A stretch of DNA of 64,000 nucleotides from Spirochaetota bacterium (GCA_963664815.2 CAXXHB010000003.1:3712001-3776000), one strand, 5' to 3'; counted from the stretch's first letter, positions 10,251 through 19,819 are shown. Translations and numbers: made by a program. The notes: generated by a model not told the origin, from the letters alone.

Positions 10251-11150
10251 CTAAGAATTCAATTCCCCCCGCATTCTATTCCCTTCATATTTTATAAAAT
10301 TCTTTCCTGAATTTATCCCTGATAAATAAGTCTCATCCAGCACCTTCCGGTTTTTTGTTACTCTGCTGATTTTAAGATTTTCCGGTGGCGATATCTCATA
10401 TACTTCAACACCTTCCGGCGGATTATTAATGAAATTAACAGCTTCCATATATCTCTCATGCCTTTTTCTCATCGCCTCAGCCATCACCGGATATCTTAAG
10501 AATAAAGCTTTATACATGAAAGAAAACCAGCTTTTTCTTTTTACATAATATTTGTGACGTGACCTGATGACTACAATGCGTTTTGCTCCCCGCCTATATG
10601 CTTCAATTACCGGTATAGAATCAGCGATCCCTCCGTCTGCTGCTTTTACCCCATTCACTTCAGTAATATTTCTGTACAGGAGCGGAAGTGAGCTTGATAC
10701 CTTGAGACAGTATTCAAGATTTTCCCTGTCAGGAATAATGTATAGAGGATTTCCCGTTACCATTGATGTGGCAACTATGATGTACTCTTTTTTATCATTC
10801 ACGGTAACGCGTAATATATTATCCAAGTCAAGCCTGCATTCCCGTATAGTTATACCCCATAACCAGTCCAGGTCCATATAGTGGCCTCCGGATAAGAACC
10901 TGGGCAAACTGATAAACCTCGATGTAGCTGAGTATTTTTTCACTATATAATAATTCCTGTCATTTTGGCCCGCAAGATGAGATGCGAGGTTACAGGCTCC
11001 TGCCGAAACTCCTATATAAATATCAAAGGGATCGAATTTCAATGTACCAAAGGAATTCAGTACTCCGGCAGAAAATACTCCCCGCATCCCGCCCCCTTCG
11101 ACAACCAGCGCAGTTTTATTTTTTTTATTCATATGATCCGGACTTCCCAA
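10251..11150 (-). CDS. patatin-like phospholipase family protein
   Basis: EGGGMRG oxyanion motif, GVSAG nucleophile elbow, DGG motif. Confidence 0.92.
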   Translation of the reverse strand: MGSPDHMNKKNKTALVVEGGGMRGVFSAGVLNSFGTLKFDPFDIYIGVSAGACNLASHLAGQNDRNYYIVKKYSATSRFISLPRFLSGGHYMDLDWLWGITIRECRLDLDNILRVTVNDKKEYIIVATSMVTGNPLYIIPDRENLEYCLKVSSSLPLLYRNITEVNGVKAADGGIADSIPVIEAYRRGAKRIVVIRSRHKYYVKRKSWFSFMYKALFLRYPVMAEAMRKRHERYMEAVNFINNPPEGVEVYEISPPENLKISRVTKNRKVLDETYLSGINSGKNFIKYEGNRMRGELNS

Positions 11151-11175
11151 GGCATTCTATTCCTTAACCGGGTTA

Positions 11176-13032
11176 TTAATCAGGGGCGCCTGAGAATATT
11201 TCAGAGAAAGATTCTGTAACTGCAGTTTCACCGGAAAGTATCGCATCTGAAAGCGCAAAAAATTTCCTGAATTCCGTTCCTATAAAAAATCTCGCAGATA
11301 GTACCTTCCCATAATAAAAACCAGCCTCCCTGCTATCCTTTGCCATCTCTTTAATTTTTCCCTCTTGATTATCACCACAGATCTTTCTCAATTCTTCCCA
11401 GGCGATAGTCATTGCCCACAGATGAAGCCATGAATGAGTCAACAATCTGAATGCCTGTTGAATTACTGTCGCACAGGCAAGAATATCACTCATCCTTTTA
11501 TCCGCTTTTTGTTTATTCAGGTAATCCACTACTTCATTAATCTTCACGATTCCTGAAGCAATAGAAGAAATATATTTTTCCTCCACTACACCGGATGCTG
11601 TTTTAATAGTCTCTTCTATGCGTTTTTTTAATACTTCGAAATTATACATATCTGGATTGAGAATAAGCTTTCTCATTGTCAGGTCGATTGATTGAATTGC
11701 ATTTGTACCTTCATAGATAGCAAGTATCTTTGAATCCCTCGCGAGCTGTTCTACCGGATAATCTGAGCAGTATCCATATCCACCATAAACCTGTATTGCT
11801 TCCGCTGTTATAAGCCATGCAAGGTCGGTATTCCCGGCTTTGCATATTGGTATAAAAAACTCGAACAAAGCCTGCGCCTCTTTCTTTTCCTCGCCTTCCG
11901 CATTTGTATAAATATCAAAATTATGTGCAGCAAACATGGATGCCATTCTCATAGCCTCAACATTCGATTTCATCCAGAGCAGCATACGCCGTACATCGGG
12001 GTGATTTATTATTGCTGTCTGTTTTAAACTGTCGGTCTGATCAGTACCCTGTTTCCTGTTTCTTGCATATGTTACAGCATGCATATAGGCCGAACTTGCA
12101 ACACCCAGTCCCTCCACAGAAACATCAATTCGCGCCTCGTTCATCATTTGAAACATAATCTTCATCCCTTCCCGCTCTTTACCAAGCAGGAAACCGGTGC
12201 AGTTATCATTATCCCCAAAACTTAAAGTACATGTAGCTGATCCCTTTATACCCATTTTATGTTCAATACCCGAGCACACTACATCATTCTGTTCGCCGAT
12301 CGATCCATCCGGATTCACGTGGAATTTCGGCACAAGAAAAATTGAAATTCCCTTCGTCCCGGCAGGATCACCTTCAATTCTCGCAAGCACAGGATGCACC
12401 ATGTTTGAATATAAATCGTTGTCTCCCGAAGAAATAAATATTTTCTGACCTATTATGCGATAAGTACCGTCCGGCTGTCTTACTGCTTTGGTTTTTAATG
12501 CTCCTACATCACTCCCCGCTTCAGGCTCTGTAAGACACATTGTTCCGCCCCATTCTCCTGATATCATTTTTCCGAGAAACATTTTTTTCAGCTCTTCAGA
12601 AGCCCAATGACTGACAAGACCTGTTGCTCCAGCACTTAGAGTTATGTGCATTGTATAAGCGAGACTCCCTGCAAATAGATACTCCAGAACACTTCTGTAT
12701 ATCACGTTTGGCATGCCCATTCCGCCCCATACCGGATCATGTTCCATTCCGGGAAATCCGGACTCATTTACTACCTGTCGTGCTTTGTGATAGGGCTGCG
12801 GTACCACAACCTTCTTTGTAACCGGGTCATACTTTGCACCTTCTTTATCACCTGCTGCATTTACAGGATATATGTCAGCAACAGCAACTTTCTCAGCCAA
12901 TTCCAGAATGGATTCAAATGTATCTTTATCAAAACCAGAAAATTTTTCATACTTCACAAGCCCATCAACTTTTAGCATCTCAAACAATAAAAATCTCACA
13001 TCACGTGAATCAACCAGCAAATTTAATGACAT
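11176..13032 (-). CDS. acyl-CoA dehydrogenase (long form)
   Basis: MCLTEPEAGSD, GQKIFIS, EHKMGIKGSAT, QVYGGYGY, IYEGTNAIQ. Confidence 0.94.
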   Translation of the reverse strand: MSLNLLVDSRDVRFLLFEMLKVDGLVKYEKFSGFDKDTFESILELAEKVAVADIYPVNAAGDKEGAKYDPVTKKVVVPQPYHKARQVVNESGFPGMEHDPVWGGMGMPNVIYRSVLEYLFAGSLAYTMHITLSAGATGLVSHWASEELKKMFLGKMISGEWGGTMCLTEPEAGSDVGALKTKAVRQPDGTYRIIGQKIFISSGDNDLYSNMVHPVLARIEGDPAGTKGISIFLVPKFHVNPDGSIGEQNDVVCSGIEHKMGIKGSATCTLSFGDNDNCTGFLLGKEREGMKIMFQMMNEARIDVSVEGLGVASSAYMHAVTYARNRKQGTDQTDSLKQTAIINHPDVRRMLLWMKSNVEAMRMASMFAAHNFDIYTNAEGEEKKEAQALFEFFIPICKAGNTDLAWLITAEAIQVYGGYGYCSDYPVEQLARDSKILAIYEGTNAIQSIDLTMRKLILNPDMYNFEVLKKRIEETIKTASGVVEEKYISSIASGIVKINEVVDYLNKQKADKRMSDILACATVIQQAFRLLTHSWLHLWAMTIAWEELRKICGDNQEGKIKEMAKDSREAGFYYGKVLSARFFIGTEFRKFFALSDAILSGETAVTESFSEIFSGAPD

Positions 13033-13156
13033 ATACAGACCTCCGGAAATTATTTCTGAGAACAGCCGCTAAAAAGCGATATTCTGCATTTTATTTTTTT
13101 ATTTTCATACTTTAAAATAACAGCAAACTTCTGTTAGTACATTATGCTTTCTCATA

Positions 13157-13927
13157 CTATTCCCCTGTAAAAAACGGTTTTCTTTTCTCAATAAATGCGC
13201 TCATACCTTCAAACTGATCTTTCGTCGAAAAACAACTGGACCAGATTTCCTCTTCATATTTTATTCCGGCATGAAGTTCTCTGCCCAAACCAAAATTCAC
13301 TGTCCGCTTGGCACCGGCAAGAGCAGTCCGTGAAAGTTTTATCAGTTTATCTGCAAGTACAAATGCCTCCTCAACAGGATCCCCTTCGGAAAGTATATTA
13401 CATAATCCAAACTCAAGAGCTTTATTCGCATTAATAGGTTTTCCCAGAAAAATCATCTCTTTTGCCCTTCCGGCTCCAATTATCTTCGGCAATCGCTGAG
13501 TACCTCCAGCCCCCGGGAATATACCAAGTTTAATCTCAGGAAGGCCCATTGTAGCATCCGCTGAGCATATCCGTATATCACATGCAAGAGCCAACTCAAG
13601 CCCTCCACCAAGTGCATATCCTGAAATCGCGGCGATCACTGGTATTTCAAGATTTTCAATTGCATTATATGCTTTATTAAAAGTACTCTTTCTTGCTTTT
13701 TCCTGTTTCATTTCAATCATTGGTAAAATATCTGCGCCTGCTGCAAAATTCCCTTCAATGCCGGATATTATTAAAACACGTATATCTTTATCTTCATTCA
13801 GAGTACAGACTACTGTATATATTTCATTGATCATCTCAAAATTAAGAGAATTCATAACCTCAGGTCTGCTCAGTATTAAATGTGCAATACCCACTTCTTT
13901 AATTATTTTTATAAATTTTAATTCCAT
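13157..13927 (-). CDS. enoyl-CoA hydratase/isomerase (crotonase family)
   Basis: FAAGADI, GYALGGGLELALACD, PEIKLGIFPGAGGTQRL. Confidence 0.93.
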   Translation of the reverse strand: MELKFIKIIKEVGIAHLILSRPEVMNSLNFEMINEIYTVVCTLNEDKDIRVLIISGIEGNFAAGADILPMIEMKQEKARKSTFNKAYNAIENLEIPVIAAISGYALGGGLELALACDIRICSADATMGLPEIKLGIFPGAGGTQRLPKIIGAGRAKEMIFLGKPINANKALEFGLCNILSEGDPVEEAFVLADKLIKLSRTALAGAKRTVNFGLGRELHAGIKYEEEIWSSCFSTKDQFEGMSAFIEKRKPFFTGE

Positions 13928-13960
13928 ATATCCCTCTCTTTAAATCTCAATTATAAAACA

Positions 13961-13978
13961 TTTATGAACGACCATTAA
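13961..13978. promoter_or_regulatory. putative TetR/FadR-type operator upstream of the crotonase
   Basis: TTTATGAACGACCATTAA, about 35 nt upstream of the start codon. Confidence 0.7.
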
Positions 13979-14003
13979 TATTATAACATAAAAAATCTAT
14001 TTT

Positions 14004-14618
14004 TTATTTACGATATTTATGTTCCACTCTTGCACCGAGTGCTTTAAGAGAGAAATCAAACATAAAAGTAATTATATCATCCACTGAATATTCCCCGTTT
14101 GGTGTATACCATATTCTTGAGCGTGCAATCATCGACGCAATACAGTAAACAGCAAGTCTCGCATTATTACATGAAAAAACACCTTCCCTGTTTCCACGTT
14201 CAAGAACAGTGATACATATTTTGTCATACTCATCCCGCTGTTTTATAATTTTTTTACGGTTTTTCAAAGTCAGGTTATTAAGCCCGGAATCAAAAAGTAA
14301 TTTTGATTTTCTTTTTTCTCCGAGTGTCATACGAAGATGATTTTCTATTACCATCTTAAGTCCATCCCGAGGTTCAATTGTCTCATCATTTTCAAGTCCA
14401 CGTATTGGAGCGAGTATATCCTCCATTTCCTGATAAAGAATTTCGAATAATATAGTTTCCTTGTTTTCAAAAAAATTATATATATTAGCTGGGCGGAATC
14501 CGCATTCATTTGCTATATCTTTCATGCTTGTTTCAGCATAACCCTTTTCCCAGAAAAGGCTGCTTGATTTAGATAAAATCAGTTTCTGCTGAATCTTGTT
14601 TTCTTTCTCTTCAGGCAT
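14004..14618 (-). CDS. TetR/AcrR family transcriptional regulator (acyl-CoA-responsive type)
   Basis: LFWEKGYAETSMKDIANECGFRPANIYNFFENKE HTH; C-terminal WYTPNG resembles KstR2/FadR-like proteins. Confidence 0.9.
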   Translation of the reverse strand: MPEEKENKIQQKLILSKSSSLFWEKGYAETSMKDIANECGFRPANIYNFFENKETILFEILYQEMEDILAPIRGLENDETIEPRDGLKMVIENHLRMTLGEKRKSKLLFDSGLNNLTLKNRKKIIKQRDEYDKICITVLERGNREGVFSCNNARLAVYCIASMIARSRIWYTPNGEYSVDDIITFMFDFSLKALGARVEHKYRK

Positions 14619-14637
14619 ATTTTTTATTACCGTAAAT

Positions 14638-14681
14638 AAATGGAATATAGTTAATGATCGACCATTAACTATATTCCATTT
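14638..14681. promoter_or_regulatory. 44-bp near-perfect palindrome centred on an operator, upstream of the tetR gene (autoregulatory site)
   Basis: AAATGGAATATAGTTAATG-ATCGAC-CATTAACTATATTCCATTT with 19-bp arms; minus-strand TTGACA at 14685-14690. Confidence 0.75.
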
Positions 14682-14787
14682 TCATGTCAAGGATTTTTCG
14701 AAATAAAACTGTTTTTTAATCTTATAGGTTATCCTGCAGTCGAAATATTTTAAATTTAAAAATAAGTTATCTTCCCGTTTCTATAAT

Positions 14788-14821
14788 TTAATATGATAAT
14801 ACCCTTTTATTATCATATTAA
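14788..14821. repeat. inverted repeat with 14-bp arms in the divergent intergenic region
   Basis: TTAATATGATAATA-CCCTTT-TATTATCATATTAA. Confidence 0.7.
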
Positions 14822-14955
14822 GTTACGAATTTACAAATAAAATTTTAATCTACTGCTTTGATTTGCCGCACAAATAAAAAAATCCACCCCTCTTTTGGAT
14901 TTTCTGATAAAATATTTAATATTATCATGTTTTTCCAAAAATATAGGTTGACTTT

Positions 14956-15017
14956 TTGACCATATTATGAATGGTCATTCATTTATATAAATGAATGACC
15001 ATTCATAATATGGTCAA
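14956..15017. promoter_or_regulatory. perfect 62-bp palindrome containing two inverted operator copies
   Basis: TTGACCATATTATGAATGGTCATTCATTTATATAAATGAATGACCATTCATAATATGGTCAA equals its own reverse complement; operators at 14968-14985 and 14988-15005. Confidence 0.85.
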
Positions 15018-15118
15018 CTAAACCCAAAACCAATACATTTTTATCATTATAGTCCAATTGCATTCTCATTTCAAAATTTTACTTAATATAATTAAAATAG
15101 CATAAAGGAGGTTATTAC

Positions 15119-16465
15119 ATGAACTGGCAAGACATTTACAGAAGCCGTATAATGACGCCGGAACAGGCGGCAAAGCTCGTCAACACGGGCGATGCTATTT
15201 ACACCCCATTGGGATTGGGTCAACCATCCATGCCCATTATGGATGCGATCGCAGACAGGAAGGACGAACTGAGCGATATAGAGTACTTCAGCGCCCTGAC
15301 TCTGCGGCCATATAAAATCTATAAACCCGAATATCGCAAGACCTTTACGCTGATTTCCGGATTCATGGGCAGTCCTATATTACAGGCGATTGGCCGAAGT
15401 GAGTTTGCAAACTATTATCCTAACAATGCTTCTGATGGTTATGTACGTTTTAGGATGCACAGGCAGAGGCATAAATTCAGAAAAGTTATTTCAGTGCAAC
15501 AGGTAACTCCTCCGGACGAACACGGCTACATCAACATAGGGCTTGATGGTTTTATGACTCAAATGAACTTTGAAGATGCCTATGAAACGGGTGGTCATTG
15601 TATTGCACAAATTAATCCGTATATGCCTCGGACGCATGGCGCAACAAACTTTCATGTATCTCTTTTTTCGGCTTTTATCGAGATTGCCGAACCATTGCTT
15701 CAGATGCCTACACCTGAGGCAACAGAAGTAGAGATCGCCATGGCCAAAAATGTTGTCGGCCTGCTCAGGGATAGAGACTGTATCCAGATCGGCATAGGCG
15801 CTGTACCCATGATGGTAAGTAAACTGCTTGCTGAGTCAGGCCTCAAGGATTTAGGAGTTCATACTGAAATGGTACCGGCTGGAGCAGGAATCCTTGTTGA
15901 TAAAGGTGTAATCAGCGGTAAATATAAAAAGAATCATACAGGAAAAATTGTTACTGCTTTCACTGTTGGAGACAAAGCGACATACGACTTCTGTGCAAAC
16001 AACCCCATGGTAGAATTCTACGGCACTTCCTACACAAATAGCATGTGGACAATCGCTTCTGAAGACAACGTGGTAGCCATTAATGGTTCGGTTGAAGTTG
16101 ACCTACTGGGCCAGATTGTATCTGAAAGTATCGGTGATATTATGATTAGTGGTTCGGGTGGGCAGCTTGATTTCGCCATCGGAGCATTCTGGTCAAAGGG
16201 CGGTCGTGCAATCAACCTTGTTCCATCGACCACCTCAGACGGAAAAATCTCAAGAATTGTCCCATTCCTGAAGCCAGGGTCACGTATCACAGTTCCACGA
16301 AACTACGCAGGTTATATTGTTACTGAGTACGGTGTCGCTGATTTATATGGAAAATCTGAACCAGAACGGACTGAGGCTTTAATAAAAGTTGCACATCCAA
16401 AATTCCGAGAAGAACTTGAAAAGAGCGCCAGGGAAAGGAATCTTTTATCACCAAAAATCTTTTAG
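15119..16465 (+). CDS. acetyl-CoA hydrolase/transferase family protein (4-hydroxybutyrate CoA-transferase, Cat2-like)
   Basis: PPDEHGY, IQIGIGAVP, LGVHTEM, INGSVEVDLLGQ, SGSGGQLDF, VTEYGVADL, AHPKFREEL; strong RBS AAGGAGG. Confidence 0.9.
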   Translation: MNWQDIYRSRIMTPEQAAKLVNTGDAIYTPLGLGQPSMPIMDAIADRKDELSDIEYFSALTLRPYKIYKPEYRKTFTLISGFMGSPILQAIGRSEFANYYPNNASDGYVRFRMHRQRHKFRKVISVQQVTPPDEHGYINIGLDGFMTQMNFEDAYETGGHCIAQINPYMPRTHGATNFHVSLFSAFIEIAEPLLQMPTPEATEVEIAMAKNVVGLLRDRDCIQIGIGAVPMMVSKLLAESGLKDLGVHTEMVPAGAGILVDKGVISGKYKKNHTGKIVTAFTVGDKATYDFCANNPMVEFYGTSYTNSMWTIASEDNVVAINGSVEVDLLGQIVSESIGDIMISGSGGQLDFAIGAFWSKGGRAINLVPSTTSDGKISRIVPFLKPGSRITVPRNYAGYIVTEYGVADLYGKSEPERTEALIKVAHPKFREELEKSARERNLLSPKIF

Positions 16466-16515
16466 TCTGTAAATATATTCCGATTAATTAAATTATTATA
16501 AAAGGAGAGTAAAAT

Positions 16516-17016
16516 ATGTCAGAAAAAAAAGGTTTCAAGAAGGAAACAACTATCGCAGCGGTTATTGTTGCCGCATGGTTATGCGTAACCCTTACATTGA
16601 TGGGAGTTTTCAAAATTCATCATGCATGGCCGGCCCTATTAACTCTATTGTTCTTTTTTGAGAAAAATGGAGACATCAAAAATCTCCCGAACATTTTTAT
16701 AGGTTCGGCCGTCGGATTATTGTTGGCGGCTGGCGTACCTCATATTGTGGGTTTCATCGCGCCGATATCCGGGACAGCAGCTGCTACTCTTATAACAGTT
16801 TTTCTAATTGTTTTTCTACTTATAGCACTAGGCGATGTAGCCCATATGTTTTTCAATAATTATGGATTTGTTTACTTTACAATTGCATTGATATTTGCAG
16901 AAGCGCAATTAACTGTTCAGTGGCTTATAGTTCTTGTAGCAGGAGGAGCTTTTTTTACCGGAGGTGTTCTTGTCTTTGCCAAGATATTTGGTCTGGATGG
17001 AGAAACTAAAAAATAA
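16516..17016 (+). CDS. polytopic membrane protein (possibly DUF1097-like)
   Basis: 166 aa, about 5-6 hydrophobic segments, RBS AAGGAG, follows the CoA-transferase in the same orientation. Family assignment is tentative. Confidence 0.7.
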   Translation: MSEKKGFKKETTIAAVIVAAWLCVTLTLMGVFKIHHAWPALLTLLFFFEKNGDIKNLPNIFIGSAVGLLLAAGVPHIVGFIAPISGTAAATLITVFLIVFLLIALGDVAHMFFNNYGFVYFTIALIFAEAQLTVQWLIVLVAGGAFFTGGVLVFAKIFGLDGETKK

Positions 17017-17048
17017 TTCTGTATAATAAGTATTATATAAATAATACT

Positions 17049-17082
17049 GATATTGGGGTACAGATAACCCCAATATCTTTTT
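17049..17082 (+). terminator. intrinsic terminator between convergent genes
   Basis: GATATTGGGG/CCCCAATATC stem followed by TTTTT. Confidence 0.75.
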
Positions 17083-17088
17083 CAGTTA

Positions 17089-18525
17089 CTAATCTTTTTT
17101 AATACCTGCAAGTGTTTTCGCGAGATTCTTTTTGCTCTCTACATCATAAGTACTCATAATTGCTATATCTTCCATAATTGGAGAGCCCCCTCCGTGGACA
17201 CCCGCAACCATCAATGCTGTACCTATATCTCCACATAATATATCACTGGCCAGATGATAAGCACGATAATGATTTTCTTCCGAGACACCAGCACGACGTT
17301 TCGTATACTTTCTTACAAAATCACCGACAGCCGGACTATTGTATTCTTTGGTTAATGGTAAGGTTGCAGGAAGCCCTCCAGCAACATCACAAAGAATATC
17401 ATACTCATGATATATATTATGACCTGCATGTCTTCTACCAACATTGGCATAAACAATGTTTGGAACTTGTGTCCCGGATGCAGCTTTTGATGATTTTACG
17501 CTTGCCGCAATTCCAGCTGCAAATACCAGTTCAGCCACACCAATCAATTCAGCAAGCTTCTCTTTAGTATGACCGGTCTTCCCCACTCCATTATAATCAG
17601 CTAAAAGCGCTGTCATACCAGTCATAACATCCCCGATGCCTGGCTTGCACCCTGTATAGCTGTGTCTATGATAAAGAGCAAACATAAGTGCAAGCTCACC
17701 GCCTATATCCGTTTCACCATTAAGAAAAATTCTATCATTTGGAATAAAAACATTATCAAAAACAGTAAAACTCTCAATACTCCCGAGATTATTATAAGGT
17801 GCCTGAATATTGTCTCCATGACGTTTGACTGAAAAATCTTCCCGACCGATAAGGTAAACCCCTTCAGCATCAGCTGGAATTGCAAATGCGATGGCATAAT
17901 CTTTCTCGTCTTTGGTAAGCGCCCTGGTCGGGAAAACAAGCAGTTCATCAGCATATGGTGCCATCGTATTATGGAGCTTGGCGCCTTTCACAACTACACC
18001 GTCTGGCCTTCTCTCGACTACATGAAGATACATATCAGGATCTTCCTGTTCATGAGGTCTTAGACTTCTATCTCCTTTGGCATCTGTCTGTGAAGCTGCA
18101 CCGATCAGATCATTATCCTGGAAAAATTCCAGAAATTTCAGAAAACGTAAATGATAATTGGTGCCATATTTTATATCAGCGTTTTTTGTTGAAACAGAAA
18201 GACCATTCATGGAATCAGCTCCCATACAGCGGTAAACACAGCCACCTGTGATATTGCAGAGTTTTCTTGTCATTTCCTGTTTCAAAAGCAGATCATCTGC
18301 TGATTGATGTATGTGGTTAAAACGATTTATAGGTTTACCTGTAATGTGTGAAGTTGTTGTCATCCATTTACTATATTCCGGATCACTCGCTTTATCGAAT
18401 GTCATTTGTATCGTTTTACTGGCATGGAGCACTTTGGGATGATCTCGCCCGATGCATTCCCCGTCTACATAGATATTCGGTCTCATTTTAGCAATTCTTG
18501 CAAGATACTCTTTTGATGTTATCAT
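17089..18525 (-). CDS. second AbfD/HpaB-family protein (4-hydroxybutyryl-CoA dehydratase-like paralogue)
   Basis: GGCVYRCMGAD, QTDAKGDR, AKLHNT, IESFTVFD, YHRHSYTGCK, AGVHGGGSP. Confidence 0.85.
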   Translation of the reverse strand: MITSKEYLARIAKMRPNIYVDGECIGRDHPKVLHASKTIQMTFDKASDPEYSKWMTTTSHITGKPINRFNHIHQSADDLLLKQEMTRKLCNITGGCVYRCMGADSMNGLSVSTKNADIKYGTNYHLRFLKFLEFFQDNDLIGAASQTDAKGDRSLRPHEQEDPDMYLHVVERRPDGVVVKGAKLHNTMAPYADELLVFPTRALTKDEKDYAIAFAIPADAEGVYLIGREDFSVKRHGDNIQAPYNNLGSIESFTVFDNVFIPNDRIFLNGETDIGGELALMFALYHRHSYTGCKPGIGDVMTGMTALLADYNGVGKTGHTKEKLAELIGVAELVFAAGIAASVKSSKAASGTQVPNIVYANVGRRHAGHNIYHEYDILCDVAGGLPATLPLTKEYNSPAVGDFVRKYTKRRAGVSEENHYRAYHLASDILCGDIGTALMVAGVHGGGSPIMEDIAIMSTYDVESKKNLAKTLAGIKKD

Positions 18526-18566
18526 TTTTAATCCTCTCTTTTATATTGTAAGATCAATATATATTA

Positions 18567-18584
18567 TTAATGAATGACCATTCA
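18567..18584. promoter_or_regulatory. putative TetR/FadR-type operator upstream of the second abfD-like gene
   Basis: TTAATGAATGACCATTCA; minus-strand TTGACT at 18601-18606. Confidence 0.75.
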
Positions 18585-18648
18585 CTTTATTATACACTAT
18601 AGTCAACTATTATTTTTTAAATAATTTTCATCAGCATTTTACAACTAT

Positions 18649-19551
18649 TTAAATTTGAAAATCCTGCCTTGTGAATTCCGGATTGGGATAGGTATAAATT
18701 CCTTTTTTAACTTTTCTGCCTAATTTACCCTGCTCCACATAATTTCTGATAAATTCAGCATTTTTAGCCCCTTGGGGGTCTTTTGCTTTTTTTGCTGTAT
18801 TTGCTGTGGCTTTATAGATTGTATCAAGACCGATATTATCCATCATGCCGAACGGTCCCATATTCATATGCGTGACACCCATCCATGCCCTGTCAATATC
18901 CCACGGAACTGAGACTCCATTTGCTGCAAGTGATAATGCCGAATAAAAAAGTGCAGTAAGCATATTATTAAAAACATACCCATTACTCTCCACCTTAAGC
19001 ACAATTGGTGACTGACCTAATCTTTCAGCAAAATTCTTCACTGCCTCAATTGACTCCATTGATGTGCCAGGATGAGGCATAACATCCACAACCTTTGTAA
19101 GAGTAATATCATGGAAATGAAATGCCAGAAATTTATCCGGTCTTCCTGTAGAAGCAGCCAGATCTGACGGAAGTAGCGTTGACGTGTTAGTAGTGAATAT
19201 TGTTTGTGGAGAACAAAGAAGATTGAACTGACTGAATATTTTTCTTTTTAAATCCGGATCTTCAGGAACGTTCTCACTCAGAATATCCGCACCATCAGCA
19301 GCCTCCACAGGATCTGATGTATATGATATATGTTGATATGCCAAATCAGCCTCCGTCCGAGTTATCATTTTCCAGTTTACCATATTATTAAGCATTCTGA
19401 ATATCTTACTCTTTGCACTCTCCAGAATTTCATTATTAATATCATAAATTTTCACCAGACATTCTTTAATTGCAGACTGTATTCCAATCTCCTGCCCCAT
19501 AGTGCCTGCCCCGATAATGAGTACGTTTTTAATACTCTCCCCTTTCATCAA
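18649..19551 (-). CDS. 3-hydroxyacyl-CoA dehydrogenase family protein
   Basis: GAGTMG, ENVPEDPDLK, TTNTST, AFHFH, GYVFN, MGPFG. Confidence 0.9.
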   Translation of the reverse strand: MMKGESIKNVLIIGAGTMGQEIGIQSAIKECLVKIYDINNEILESAKSKIFRMLNNMVNWKMITRTEADLAYQHISYTSDPVEAADGADILSENVPEDPDLKRKIFSQFNLLCSPQTIFTTNTSTLLPSDLAASTGRPDKFLAFHFHDITLTKVVDVMPHPGTSMESIEAVKNFAERLGQSPIVLKVESNGYVFNNMLTALFYSALSLAANGVSVPWDIDRAWMGVTHMNMGPFGMMDNIGLDTIYKATANTAKKAKDPQGAKNAEFIRNYVEQGKLGRKVKKGIYTYPNPEFTRQDFQI

Positions 19552-19645
19552 ACCCTCCTTTTTGGTTAATAAATCTTCATTTAATTAGCTGCTATAAACG
19601 ATCAATCTGATTATATATAATGAGACGATCATTTAAATTATAACA

Positions 19646-19663
19646 TTAATGAATGACCATTAA
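19646..19663. promoter_or_regulatory. putative TetR/FadR-type operator upstream of the second 3-hydroxyacyl-CoA dehydrogenase
   Basis: TTAATGAATGACCATTAA; minus-strand TTGACT at 19680-19685. Confidence 0.75.
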
Positions 19664-19819
19664 CTATTTTCTCCAGCAAAGTCAAGTTTATTTTATGAAA
19701 ATTAACACAACAGCAAATATCGATTTAACCAGCATTTAAATTTGGCACCATACGAAAACTCTACAAAAACAGACATAACTTAAAAACGAAGGAATAAGAA
19801 GCAAAATATAAAACACAAT

